In this document: positions 7,770 to 17,859 of the stretch, in pieces
Layout of the letters: each line of letters begins with the position of its first letter
How positions within the stretch are numbered: the first letter of the stretch is position 1
Translations under genes and position numbers: made by a program
Assembly (NCBI GenBank): GCA_964571145.1
Contig: CAZNAP010000003.1
Location: 732-64,731, forward strand
Direction of reading: 5' to 3'
Source: an uncultured Lachnospiraceae bacterium
Lineage (GTDB): Bacteria > Bacillota > Clostridia > Lachnospirales > Lachnospiraceae
Length of the DNA stretch: 64,000 nt
Notes under the pieces: model-generated
The model's database searches: none
What the model saw: the letters and a program-made list of their open reading frames with translations, nothing else
Told to the model about the DNA's origin: nothing

Positions 7770-9995
7770 TTAATAAATCTGTTCGTTTTGTCTGTGAATT
7801 TCAGGTGCTTCATAATGATCCAAAAAGTCTTCGCCAAGGAACACCTTTTCTCCGGCGAACTGTATAGCATGGGGTACAGTCAAAACCGAAATTACCTTGT
7901 CAAAATATAGGTCTTTCACAAAATTCAGTATTTCCATAGGAAATTTTTTATCTAATACAATATAGTCGGAAAAGACTTTCTCATAGTCCAAAACGTCTCT
8001 GGGGTGTGGCTTTAGTAAAATTCTAGTCGGTTGACCATCCACCTCACTGTAAAGTGCAATAATGTCTCTGAAGATTCTTTCCCTGGTTTCCAAGTCACAC
8101 AAGGGTTCTGTCAAAATCAAAATCATAGGCATGCCGGCGTTAGATGCTTCATGCAAAGCCTTCTCCAAAGCAGCTTTATTTTCTATAAAAATAGCTACCA
8201 GCGTCTCTTTTTGCTGCTCAGTCAGATTCTGCAGCAACTTGGTTCTGGGTTTCTCAATATATTTGGCACAGGGGTAATCCAAAATTGAACTGTTATTGAC
8301 TTCCATGTCCAAACAATATTTAGAATAGCCATTCTGTATAAAAATCAAATTTCTGGCCGCCATCCAAGCTTTGAGACCAAAATGTCCTCTGTTGTCATAG
8401 CGGGCAGTGTCATAGTACTTGATGCAATCCAGACCATCTTCAACCGCATGATAATAAATATGATGGGTTGCCAAATAATAACCAATGGGATCAGAATCAC
8501 AAAATACATAAATATCTTCATATGCCCTTAAATCAACCGGTATATAGGGCTCCAGCAGTTTCCCAAAGCGTCTGGTGAACTTAATTCTCTGCAGCATATT
8601 CTTGATTAAATTTCCTGTATCTTGCCGATATTTTGCAAGCTCCGGGAAAAAGGTATCTTCTTTTTCATCAAAAGGCTTTACCTCTCGAAATAGCCCGGAC
8701 TTCTCTAAGCGCTCCTGTAAGTTGCCAAAATCATTGGACATACTACTAAGTAGCAAATCAGCTTTATCTTCATTACAAATATCCGATAAATCACGAACTT
8801 CCGACAAATCACGAACATCCGATGAATTTTTTTCGCCCAATTGCCCCAACAGCTGCAGCTCTTTCAGGCAGGCTATATATACATGATAAAATGTATGACA
8901 AACATAGATTCTTTTTCTTGATTTAACATTTCTTTTCGGCTTGATGTTTTTTTTCGAGACTATCACCCCAACCCCGCATGCTTTGCGCCAGTTTCGATAG
9001 GCCCACATCAATTTATAGTATACCATAAAAAGCAATGTAGATTGCATCTGCATACGGATTAATTTTCTTTCCTCGGCATGGACTCTTGTTTCATAGTACT
9101 TGTTTTGCTGGAATCCCGGAAAAGTTGCCTTCATCTCTTTTCCCAATGCCTTCACAAAAGAGTATTTTGTTTTTGGAACTCCTGTCATATAGGAAAAGAG
9201 GGTATTCACATAAAAAAGTGTTGTGAAACTGCTTTCCAGCTCCGGATAGTACTTGTCCAGAAAATCAAATTCGCGGGCTTCATCAATCATGATTCTGGCG
9301 GCCGCCATACGGTCCTCACAACGTTTTTTTGTAATGGTATGTACCGTAGAAGTATCATGCTGATAATAATAATACATAGGTTCTTGAATATACTCAAAAT
9401 GCTTGGAACGTAACATCCAGGAATTTCCAATTGCATTATCCTCATAAAAAATGTTTTCTGGAAAACGATTTGGATAATCAAAGATAATATGGCGCTTATA
9501 TATTTTCACAACCAGACTTCCGCCGTCTAAAATCAGCGAGCGGTATTTGTCCTTCGTTAACACACCGGTTTGTTCAATGCTGTTGTTGTGCACAACTTGG
9601 CCTATTTCCATGCTGTGTTCACCAGTCAGATGATAATCACAGCCTACCATGTCAGCACCGGTTTCTTCTGCTCTGGTTAATAATTTCTCGTAAAAGTCCG
9701 GTGTAATCCAGTCATCACTGTCTATAAAACCAATCCACTCACCGGAAGCTTGCAACAGTCCCAGATTCTTGGCACCACCCTGTTTTTTATTTACAGGCGA
9801 TGCGATTACTTTGAATTTATTTGGATATTGCTGTTCGAACTGACGAAGAATGCTTAATGAATCATCGGTAGAGCAATCGTCTACAGCGATAATTTCATAA
9901 TCAGAAATGGTTTGATTAACAAGTGAATTAAGGCACCAGGACAATTTGTCGTCTGATGCCATATTATAAACCGGTACAATTACACTCAGCTTCAT
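7770..9995 (-). CDS. Fusion of GT2 glycosyltransferase and a sialyltransferase-like (nonulosonate transferase) domain
   Basis: N-terminal GT2 (SVIVPVYN, DDCSTD, FIDSDD); C-terminal part with YVCHTFYH, VEDG and KPHPRD, the D/E-D/E-G and HP motifs of bacterial sialyltransferases. Confidence 0.75.
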   Translation of the reverse strand: MKLSVIVPVYNMASDDKLSWCLNSLVNQTISDYEIIAVDDCSTDDSLSILRQFEQQYPNKFKVIASPVNKKQGGAKNLGLLQASGEWIGFIDSDDWITPDFYEKLLTRAEETGADMVGCDYHLTGEHSMEIGQVVHNNSIEQTGVLTKDKYRSLILDGGSLVVKIYKRHIIFDYPNRFPENIFYEDNAIGNSWMLRSKHFEYIQEPMYYYYQHDTSTVHTITKKRCEDRMAAARIMIDEAREFDFLDKYYPELESSFTTLFYVNTLFSYMTGVPKTKYSFVKALGKEMKATFPGFQQNKYYETRVHAEERKLIRMQMQSTLLFMVYYKLMWAYRNWRKACGVGVIVSKKNIKPKRNVKSRKRIYVCHTFYHVYIACLKELQLLGQLGEKNSSDVRDLSEVRDLSDICNEDKADLLLSSMSNDFGNLQERLEKSGLFREVKPFDEKEDTFFPELAKYRQDTGNLIKNMLQRIKFTRRFGKLLEPYIPVDLRAYEDIYVFCDSDPIGYYLATHHIYYHAVEDGLDCIKYYDTARYDNRGHFGLKAWMAARNLIFIQNGYSKYCLDMEVNNSSILDYPCAKYIEKPRTKLLQNLTEQQKETLVAIFIENKAALEKALHEASNAGMPMILILTEPLCDLETRERIFRDIIALYSEVDGQPTRILLKPHPRDVLDYEKVFSDYIVLDKKFPMEILNFVKDLYFDKVISVLTVPHAIQFAGEKVFLGEDFLDHYEAPEIHRQNEQIY

Positions 9996-10012
9996 ATTGT
10001 GTTTCCTTTCGC

Positions 10013-11209
10013 TTATTTCACCTGATAATACTCTGCGATTCTTGATACGGCCGCAATCACATCTTGTACATCCTGGTCGGTCATCGCATAGTACAGAGGA
10101 AGACTGAGCATCTCTTCATATAATTTCTCAGCCTTAGGACAGAGTCCCTTTTTATAGCCCAGCTTTTCATAATATGGAAAATAATAAGTGGGTATATAAT
10201 GCACATTACAAACAATGTTTTCAGCTTTCAAAGCGTCAAAAAACTGCTTTCTGTTAATCGATAGTTTCTCTGTATTTAATCTGAGAATATAAAGATGTCT
10301 GGTGGTATCTGATTCGGGAATCTCTTTCTGCACAATAATCTGTGGTAGTTTCGTAAAGGCTTCATTATAAGCCGCTACGATTTCTTTTCGCCTTTTGGAA
10401 AAGGCCGGAAGCTTATCCAGCTGACTGATGAGCAGGGCTGCCTGCATGTCTGTCATTCGGTAATTCATTCCCAGGGCAATTTGTTCATAATACCATGGGC
10501 CGTCTGACTCATGTTCCATTTGCTGTAGATCTCTGGTAATTCCATGAGAACGATATAATAATAATTTACGATAATATGCTTCGTTATTGGTCAACACTGC
10601 TCCACCTTCTCCGCTGGTGACTGTTTTCACCGGGTGAAAGCTGAGGGTGGTCATATCCGCAATCGAACCATTGCTTTTTCCATTATAACGGGTTCCAATT
10701 ACATGGGCACCGTCTTCGATTAAAACCAGATTGTTTTGGCGACAATGTGCCAGTAATTGATCCAATTCCACTGATTGTCCGGTAAAGTCTACTGCTACCA
10801 CTGCCTTAGTCTTAGCAGTCGTTACTTGTTTCACACATTCCGGATCAATATTATAGGTTTCTTCATTGATGTCTGCAAACACCGGTTTTGCGCCGCAATA
10901 TAAGGCACAATTGGCGGAAGCTGCAAACGTAATAGGTGTTGTAATGACCTCATCACCACTTGTCACCCCGGCAGCTTGGCAGGCCATATGTAAGGCAGCT
11001 GTTCCGTTGGTACATACTACTGCATATTTCGCTCCTGTAACAACACATAATTTCTGCTCTAACTCCTGAATTTTGGGGCCGCAGGTCAAATAGTCACTTC
11101 GAAGGACATCCACTACTGCTTGTATATCCGCTTCATCAATATATTGATGTCCGTAATAAATCGGATTATCCCTGATTGGTGTTCCTCCACAAATTGCCGG
11201 CTTGTCCAT
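10013..11209 (-). CDS. pseC: UDP-4-amino-4,6-dideoxy-N-acetyl-beta-L-altrosamine transaminase (DegT family)
   Basis: YGHQYIDEADI, NGTAALH, SFHPVK, WYYEQ and NYRMTD motifs; Pse locus context. Confidence 0.85.
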   Translation of the reverse strand: MDKPAICGGTPIRDNPIYYGHQYIDEADIQAVVDVLRSDYLTCGPKIQELEQKLCVVTGAKYAVVCTNGTAALHMACQAAGVTSGDEVITTPITFAASANCALYCGAKPVFADINEETYNIDPECVKQVTTAKTKAVVAVDFTGQSVELDQLLAHCRQNNLVLIEDGAHVIGTRYNGKSNGSIADMTTLSFHPVKTVTSGEGGAVLTNNEAYYRKLLLYRSHGITRDLQQMEHESDGPWYYEQIALGMNYRMTDMQAALLISQLDKLPAFSKRRKEIVAAYNEAFTKLPQIIVQKEIPESDTTRHLYILRLNTEKLSINRKQFFDALKAENIVCNVHYIPTYYFPYYEKLGYKKGLCPKAEKLYEEMLSLPLYYAMTDQDVQDVIAAVSRIAEYYQVK

Positions 11210-11251
11210 TTTATGCCTCCTACATATCGCAAATCATCTGCGATACTGCTT

Positions 11252-11617
11252 TCAGTTCTGTATTTTTCTGACTTCATCCGCCAACGTAGCGATATACTCA
11301 CTATTGGTTGGCTTTCCTAAACCATCTTCCATAGAATATCCAAATAATCGATGAAAGGTTCTCTTGTTGCCTCTTTCCCATGAAACATCAATTGCACTTC
11401 GAATCGCTCGTTCAATCTTATCATTGGAAGTACGATATCTTTTTGCAAGCTCAGGATACAGTAGTTTTGTTACACTTCCTACTGTATTCATATCTTCATG
11501 TGCCATAATAACAGCGGAACGCAAAAAACGAAATCCTTCCAAATGTGCCGGCAGTCCCATATCCAATAGCATATGCGAAACAACCTGCTCAGCGCCTATG
11601 TTGATTCTCTTTAGCAT
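11252..11617 (-). CDS. Stand-alone Spo0A C-terminal DNA-binding domain protein
   Basis: GLPAHLEGFRFLR, VTKLLYPELAK, IERAIRSAI and KPTNSEYIA motifs; no receiver domain. Confidence 0.85.
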   Translation of the reverse strand: MLKRINIGAEQVVSHMLLDMGLPAHLEGFRFLRSAVIMAHEDMNTVGSVTKLLYPELAKRYRTSNDKIERAIRSAIDVSWERGNKRTFHRLFGYSMEDGLGKPTNSEYIATLADEVRKIQN

Positions 11618-11726
11618 TGTAAAATCCCCCTTATCCTATTAAGTTGGTGTATGAGTAAAAAGTTCACTAACTAGTATAATGTACGCTTTATTACGTGAAA
11701 AGTTGTAATTTATCGCGCATTTTAAA

Positions 11727-12260
11727 TTACTTGGCAGGTTTGTATTCCTGTTCATTCACTATATACCTCCAAAGTATGTCTCTGTATTCCGGTGTGGCAT
11801 AATCAATACCCACTCTTTTTGCTGTCCGATAATCCGGTAAACAACCGTCGTCTTCCAGCCAAAGAGCCTTAGAATTAACCATGTCTTCTTTATTCAGACT
11901 TTTGTCTATTTGCATCGCTTTGGTTAACTTGCCCGGTCCGTTGTAGCCGATCACACCGCGGATTAATACTGCCTCCGGATGCCCCTCGCGACCACTTACC
12001 ACATTGAATAGAGCATGCATTCCATAACATAAATAAACATAAGCTGTGCCACCTTGCTCATAAAGTACGGAAGTACGCTCTGTCTTGCCTTTACTGGCAT
12101 GACAAGCCGTATCCTCTTCTCCACAGTAGCATTCTGTTTCCATGATTCTATATTTGACGATTCCGTCTTCTGTTCTTCTGCATAAAAGTTTGCCCAGAAG
12201 TGCCGGTGCCAGTACGGTTGCTGACTGACTCAAAAATGTTCTGCCCACTCTTTTCGCCAT
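11727..12260 (-). CDS. mpg: DNA-3-methyladenine glycosylase (AAG/MPG family)
   Basis: ETECY, AYVYLCYGMH, AVLIR, GPGKLT and RVGI motifs. Confidence 0.85.
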   Translation of the reverse strand: MAKRVGRTFLSQSATVLAPALLGKLLCRRTEDGIVKYRIMETECYCGEEDTACHASKGKTERTSVLYEQGGTAYVYLCYGMHALFNVVSGREGHPEAVLIRGVIGYNGPGKLTKAMQIDKSLNKEDMVNSKALWLEDDGCLPDYRTAKRVGIDYATPEYRDILWRYIVNEQEYKPAK

Positions 12261-12269
12261 ACTCTTTTC

Positions 12270-13469
12270 CTAATCCAGTGCACCATAAACGATTTGCCTG
12301 ATTTTCCTTCTTAAGGATTGGTCTGCGCCTTGTTCGATTTGCTGCATATAAACCAAAATCAAGTCTTCACTGGGGTCTACCATAAAATAAGTCCCCGGAA
12401 GGCCGTCCCAACCATATTCTCCAACGCTTCCGTTGCTGGCATTTATCTCCGGATGTAACATTACCCGCATAAAATTCCCATAACCGTAGCCATCTATGCT
12501 GTCAAAATCAATACTTTCCAGTTGCTCTTTATTCAGTTGATTCTTGGATATAAATTCGATTGTCTTTCTTCCAACAAGCCTTTTCCCTTTATAAATACCA
12601 CCGGCAGCAAGCATTTGTACAAAATGACTATAATCTTCCAAAGTGGAATATAATCCACCGCCTCCGGACTCAATATAAGGTGGCTTTGTGGGACGACTTA
12701 AGTTCAGCCAGTTTAATGCCTTTTCATCAGATTCGCATAAATGTCCCTCTTCATCAATTCTGGAATACATAGTAGCTAATCTGCCGATCTGGCTTTCGTC
12801 AACATAAAAAGCAGTATCCTTCATTTCAAGTGGACTAAACAGTTCTTTTTTCAAAAATTCCCCAAAGGGAATGCCTGTGACTACCTCGACCACAGCCGCC
12901 ATGATGTCAGCTGATAAGCCATAATGCCATTTCTGCCCCGGCTGAAAAAGCAGCGGTGCTTTGGCAAGTTCATTGCAAATATCAACATTACTAAAATTCT
13001 CGCCACTTTCAGCACGCCTTAACAAGTCAATTCGAATCTCTTCCATCATCTGCTCCGGTACGTTTTCGGTACCCGGATAAACCAATCCGGAAGTCATATT
13101 CATCAGCTGCCTCAGTGTAATCGGCGAATTGGCCTCCACCAACCCTGCCGGAGTGGCTACCATCATCTGTTCATAAGCCTTTAAATACTTACCAATCGGG
13201 TCATATAAATCAATGCGACCCTGCTCATAAAGCATCATAACCGCTATTGTAGTAATGGGCTTGGTCATGGAATAAATCTTGTAAATACTGTCAGGCTTGT
13301 CCGTCCCGTAAACATTCCTAAATACCGGTTCAGACTTATGCTCTACTAAAATAGAAGCACCTTTGATTCGATCGGCCTTCATTTCCTGTGCAAACAATGC
13401 ATTCAGATTGTCTAATTTTTGTTTATTCATAACCCAAAAACCATGCCTTTCAAACCATTTTTTCAGCAT
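12270..13469 (-). CDS. Serine hydrolase, beta-lactamase class C-like esterase family
   Basis: SMTK (SxxK), PLLFQPGQKWHY, GGGGLYST and YGWDG motifs; the start may be at 13430. Confidence 0.8.
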   Translation of the reverse strand: MLKKWFERHGFWVMNKQKLDNLNALFAQEMKADRIKGASILVEHKSEPVFRNVYGTDKPDSIYKIYSMTKPITTIAVMMLYEQGRIDLYDPIGKYLKAYEQMMVATPAGLVEANSPITLRQLMNMTSGLVYPGTENVPEQMMEEIRIDLLRRAESGENFSNVDICNELAKAPLLFQPGQKWHYGLSADIMAAVVEVVTGIPFGEFLKKELFSPLEMKDTAFYVDESQIGRLATMYSRIDEEGHLCESDEKALNWLNLSRPTKPPYIESGGGGLYSTLEDYSHFVQMLAAGGIYKGKRLVGRKTIEFISKNQLNKEQLESIDFDSIDGYGYGNFMRVMLHPEINASNGSVGEYGWDGLPGTYFMVDPSEDLILVYMQQIEQGADQSLRRKIRQIVYGALD

Positions 13470-13569
13470 TTATGACCAGTATACACTAGTTACAGCGAAT
13501 TTTCCACCTATTCCACGTAAACTTCTTTACTTGCAAAAAGCCGTGTGCTAATCCAAACCCGTACGACGA

Positions 13570-14580
13570 CTATCTTTTCGGAAAAGTAACCGTGATTTCA
13601 GTGCCCACTCCCAGCTCGCTTTCCAAAGAAATGCTTGCTCCCAATCGCAGCAAAATATGTTTCACAATCGCCAGACCAAGACCTGTTCCTCCGGTAGACT
13701 TGCTTCTTCCTTTATCCACACGATAGAAACGCTCAAAAACTCTTTCCTGCTGTTCTTTCGGTATACCAATTCCCGTATCTTTCACTGTCAATATTGCGCT
13801 GCTTGATTTATTTTGAACCGTTACATAAACACTGCCGCCTTCTTTATTATAGCGAATGGCATTATCACATAAATTATATAGAACCTCTTCCAACATCTGC
13901 TTATTGGCAGAAACCATGGCACTTTCACCCTCGAAATTCAACGTAACATGATGCTTTTCCGCATTCATCTGCAACATATTGACACAGTTTTGGGTTGCAT
14001 CCCATAAATCAACAGGCTCGAAAAGTTCCTGTCCGCCCTCTGCATCCAGTTCGGATAATCTGATTACATCATTAATTAATGTCAACAGTCTATTTGAATT
14101 ACTATGAATTTCACCGGCAAATCTTAGTACTTCCTCTTCAGAAGCAACCATTCCGTTCTCAATCAGTTCGGAGTAGCCTGAAATAGCAGCCAGTGGCGTT
14201 TTCAGTTCATGAGAAACATTGGCTGTAAATTCCTGACGCATAAGCGCATTTTGAATGACATCATCCCGCTTACTTTTAATTGCTGCAATGTAAGGCGACA
14301 TCTCCTCATATACCATCATTTTTTCTGCACTATCCACATCTTCTGTGATTAACCTAATAGGTTGCACCAGTGCTTTTGAGAAAAAATGTGAGATGGCTAT
14401 ACTGGCCACCAATAAAATCCCCATTATCAACAGTAACCATGGAACGGCAATTTCGATTACTTCGGCAATATTGTCTGTCTTATTAAAACTGTAAAACCAA
14501 ACAGCCGTCGTCAACAATAGTGTAATGACTATTGCCAAGGCAGCTGTTCCCATTAATCTGTTATAGATTCTTCTTTCCAT
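13570..14580 (-). CDS. phoR: Sensor histidine kinase, PhoR-like
   Basis: FTANVSHELKTPL H-box, NLCDNAIRY, FERFYRVDK, GTGLGLAI; two N-terminal TM segments; in the pst/phoU cluster. Confidence 0.75.
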   Translation of the reverse strand: MERRIYNRLMGTAALAIVITLLLTTAVWFYSFNKTDNIAEVIEIAVPWLLLIMGILLVASIAISHFFSKALVQPIRLITEDVDSAEKMMVYEEMSPYIAAIKSKRDDVIQNALMRQEFTANVSHELKTPLAAISGYSELIENGMVASEEEVLRFAGEIHSNSNRLLTLINDVIRLSELDAEGGQELFEPVDLWDATQNCVNMLQMNAEKHHVTLNFEGESAMVSANKQMLEEVLYNLCDNAIRYNKEGGSVYVTVQNKSSSAILTVKDTGIGIPKEQQERVFERFYRVDKGRSKSTGGTGLGLAIVKHILLRLGASISLESELGVGTEITVTFPKR

Positions 14581-14596
14581 CTTCTGTTTTTAAACC

Positions 14597-15274
14597 TCAC
14601 TTGGTATCAAAAATGTACCCTACATTTCTTATAGTACGAATCATTCTCCCTGAATCTTGTAGTTTCTGTCTGAGCGTCTTGATGTGCATATCCAATGTTC
14701 TGGATTCTCCTTCAAAGTCCGTTCCCCAAACCTTATCTAATATATCCTCTCGCGATGTTACAACACCTGCATTGGTCATAAGAAGCTTTAAAAGCTCATA
14801 TTCTTTATAAGTCAGTTCGCAGTTTTCTCCGTTTACCTCTACCCGATGCTTCTCTTCATCCAACTTAATTTCGCCAAGAATAATCGTCTTTTCCGTCTGC
14901 TCCTTGCTGGTTCTACGAAGTAATGCTTTAACTCTGGAAATTAATTCCATAATGCCAAAGGGCTTGGTCAAGTAATCATCTGCCCCTAAGTCAAGGCCTT
15001 TCACTTTATCAATTTCCATGGATTTGGCAGTGACCATTATAACCGGTAAAGTGGCTGTATCTGCTTTTCCACGTAATGATTCCACAATCTGCAATCCGTC
15101 TGCGTCTGGAAGCATAATATCCAGCAACAGCAAGTCCGGAACCTGCTTCTTAAGGGCTTCCCGAAAATCAGCGGCAAACTCAAATACTTCTACTTGATAG
15201 CCCGAATTTCTAAGCGCAATTGCTTCGATTTCTCTAATATTCTGATCATCTTCTACTACATAAATTAATGCCAT
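14597..15274 (-). CDS. phoP: OmpR/PhoB-family response regulator
   Basis: VEDD, LLDIMLP, GADDYLTKPF, winged helix RTLDMHIKTLRQKL; phosphate cluster context. Confidence 0.75.
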   Translation of the reverse strand: MALIYVVEDDQNIREIEAIALRNSGYQVEVFEFAADFREALKKQVPDLLLLDIMLPDADGLQIVESLRGKADTATLPVIMVTAKSMEIDKVKGLDLGADDYLTKPFGIMELISRVKALLRRTSKEQTEKTIILGEIKLDEEKHRVEVNGENCELTYKEYELLKLLMTNAGVVTSREDILDKVWGTDFEGESRTLDMHIKTLRQKLQDSGRMIRTIRNVGYIFDTK

Positions 15275-15302
15275 TTGTACACCTCATTATGGTCCAAAAG
15301 CG

Positions 15303-17075
15303 TTACTGTAGTTTATAATGCTCCTTCAAGCGCTTCACTTCCGCCATGTAGTTCACATTATCTTTACTTGTTAAATTCTCTTGATATTCATGTGTATCAA
15401 AATTTTCCTCATTGAGTTGCAATAGGCATAAAGCAATATTGGAACAATGGTCTGATACGCGTTCATAGTTGGTTGTAATGTCCGAAAGTACAAAGCCCAT
15501 TTCAATGGTACATTTACCTTTTCGAAGTCTTCTGATATGACGCTTTTTGATTTCAGCATTCAAATAATCAATCACTTCTTCAAGCGGTTCTACCATACAT
15601 GCCAGCTTCAAATCCTCTTCCTGGAAAACTAGAATCGATGTATTCAGGATATCCTTCACAGCTGCGGTAAAAATAGCAAGCTCTTCTTGAGCCTTTTTGG
15701 AAAAGGTGAGTTCTTTATCATGCATTTCCTGTGCCGATTCCATGATGTTCAGGGCATGATCTGAAATACGCTCAAAATCGCCTATACAATGCAGCAATAC
15801 CGATAATTCCTGGCTGTCTTTCTTGGATAAATTCTTACTGCTTAACTTCACAAGATAGGAACCCAGCTCATCCTCATAGCGATCTACTAAATCTTCCAGT
15901 TCCACTACTTGCTGTGCCGCTTTTTTATCATATTTATCAATCAATGAAATCGCAATAAACAAACCTTCTCTGGCATGATCTGCCATGCCAATTGCAACAT
16001 TTTTACACTGTTCCAAAGCAAATCCGGGTGTGTCTAAGAAACGAGAATCCAGCAGTTGAATTTCTTTTGCATTGGCTTTATTTTCCTTTAATTCTGCCTT
16101 GCTCTCCGGTATAGTCAGGTATGCCAACTTCTCCAATACAGAAGAAATCGGAAACATCACAACCACTGCAATCACGTTAAAAGTTGTATGAATCACAGCT
16201 ACGCCTAATGCGCTGGCAGCTCCATCCATAAATGCAAATTTGAATAGGGCATTCAAAGCATAGAAAATCACCATAAAGGCAACTGTTTTAATAATATTAT
16301 AGTAAAGATGAATCAGGGCAGCTCTTTTCGCATTTTTACCTGCACCGGCGCTTGAAATTAACGCGGTCACACAGGTACCTACATTCTGTCCCATGATAAT
16401 CGGAATGGCTGTTGAATAGCTCACTGCACCGGAAATACAAAGTGCCTGCAAAATACCGATGGATGCGGAAGAGGATTGAATAATGGCTGTTAAGATCAAA
16501 CCAACCAACATACCCAGCACTGGGTTGGAAAACATCAAAAGTATATGTGTAAATTCCGGTACCTCTGCTAATGGTTTTACTGCACCGGACATGGTATCCA
16601 TACCAAACATGAGCACTGCGAAGCCAATCATGATTGTGGCTACATCTCTTTGCTTCTCTTTCTTGCTCATCATCAAAATACCAACACCTACGATAGCCAG
16701 AATAGGTGAGAAAGACGAAGGTTTTAATAATTGAAAGAAAAAGCCACTACCCTGTACGTCCGTCAAACTTAGGATCCAGGCTGTCACGGTCGTTCCCACA
16801 TTGGCACCCAGAATAACACCAATGGACTGGGAAAGTTTCATGATACCCGAGTTAACGAAACCGACCACCATAACCGTCGTTGCTGATGACGACTGTATAA
16901 TTGCTGTTACGCCGGCACCCAGCAGTACAGCCATTAATTTATTGGATGTCAACTTCTCCAGGATGATTTCCAGCTTACCGCCGGACGCCTTTTTCAGGCC
17001 GTCTCCCAGTACTTCCATTCCATATAGAAAAAGTGCAAGTCCGCCAATCATGGTCAGCACAATAAAAAAATCCAT
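15303..17075 (-). CDS. Na/Pi cotransporter family protein with C-terminal PhoU-like domain
   Basis: Two QSSS repeats (IIQSSSATT, IIQSSSAS), GANVGT; C-terminal ERISDH/ERVSDH. Confidence 0.9.
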   Translation of the reverse strand: MDFFIVLTMIGGLALFLYGMEVLGDGLKKASGGKLEIILEKLTSNKLMAVLLGAGVTAIIQSSSATTVMVVGFVNSGIMKLSQSIGVILGANVGTTVTAWILSLTDVQGSGFFFQLLKPSSFSPILAIVGVGILMMSKKEKQRDVATIMIGFAVLMFGMDTMSGAVKPLAEVPEFTHILLMFSNPVLGMLVGLILTAIIQSSSASIGILQALCISGAVSYSTAIPIIMGQNVGTCVTALISSAGAGKNAKRAALIHLYYNIIKTVAFMVIFYALNALFKFAFMDGAASALGVAVIHTTFNVIAVVVMFPISSVLEKLAYLTIPESKAELKENKANAKEIQLLDSRFLDTPGFALEQCKNVAIGMADHAREGLFIAISLIDKYDKKAAQQVVELEDLVDRYEDELGSYLVKLSSKNLSKKDSQELSVLLHCIGDFERISDHALNIMESAQEMHDKELTFSKKAQEELAIFTAAVKDILNTSILVFQEEDLKLACMVEPLEEVIDYLNAEIKKRHIRRLRKGKCTIEMGFVLSDITTNYERVSDHCSNIALCLLQLNEENFDTHEYQENLTSKDNVNYMAEVKRLKEHYKLQ

Positions 17076-17184
17076 AGCCTATCTCCTCCGGATGTTCTGT
17101 GTAAAATCTACTTTGTTCACTATTTTACACTATTTCGTCCTTTTTGGGTATAGGCATTTTGAACATGGTTTTGTTGTTTTCGTG

Positions 17185-17847
17185 CTATAATAGTCGCATA
17201 TCGCTGATATTTCCGGTTTCTTGGAAGATTTCCCACTCTCCTATGTTGACTGCGTGGTCTCCAATTTTCTCCAAATACTTAGCGAGCATCAGCACATCTA
17301 TACACTCATCTGCGTCTTTAACTTCCTTTTTCAGGGATTCAATTAAGTCGCTTTTTACCTTGTTGAAGCATTCGTCTATGATATCATCTGCTAAAATAAC
17401 TTCCTTGGCGGCAATCACATCCCTTTCGGTAAAGGCGTTTACCGCATCCCGTACCATTTCTTTGGTTGCTTGAATCATTGGCCCGATATGAACCGAAAAT
17501 AGGGAAAGGTCTTTCATGTTGAGTCGCAGTAACAGTTCTGCCATATCAGAAACGTGATCCCCAACCCGCTCTATATCTGTAACTACTTTCAGGCTGGCTG
17601 TGACAACGCGCAAATCTCCGATGACCGGTTGCTGTTTCGTAATCAAGAACAGGCACTGAGATTCGATTTCCCTTTGACGCTTACTGACAGCCTTATCATT
17701 GTTTTCCAGCCTGATAATTTCATTTTCATTTTGTTCCTCTAATGCAATAAATAACTTTTCATAGCTTTCTTCCACTTTTTTAGCCATGTCAGATACATTT
17801 TCCCGCAACAGAGTCAATTCTCTTTCAAATGTAATTCTTGGTGCCAT
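17185..17847 (-). CDS. phoU: Phosphate signalling protein PhoU
   Basis: QQPVIGDLR, DIERVGDH and LEKIGDHAVNI motifs. Confidence 0.9.
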   Translation of the reverse strand: MAPRITFERELTLLRENVSDMAKKVEESYEKLFIALEEQNENEIIRLENNDKAVSKRQREIESQCLFLITKQQPVIGDLRVVTASLKVVTDIERVGDHVSDMAELLLRLNMKDLSLFSVHIGPMIQATKEMVRDAVNAFTERDVIAAKEVILADDIIDECFNKVKSDLIESLKKEVKDADECIDVLMLAKYLEKIGDHAVNIGEWEIFQETGNISDMRLL

Positions 17848-17859
17848 ATTTTTTCCTCC

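Noticed and set aside
12270-13469. True beta-lactamase
   Set aside because: No signal peptide; motifs fit the cytoplasmic esterase-type serine hydrolases.
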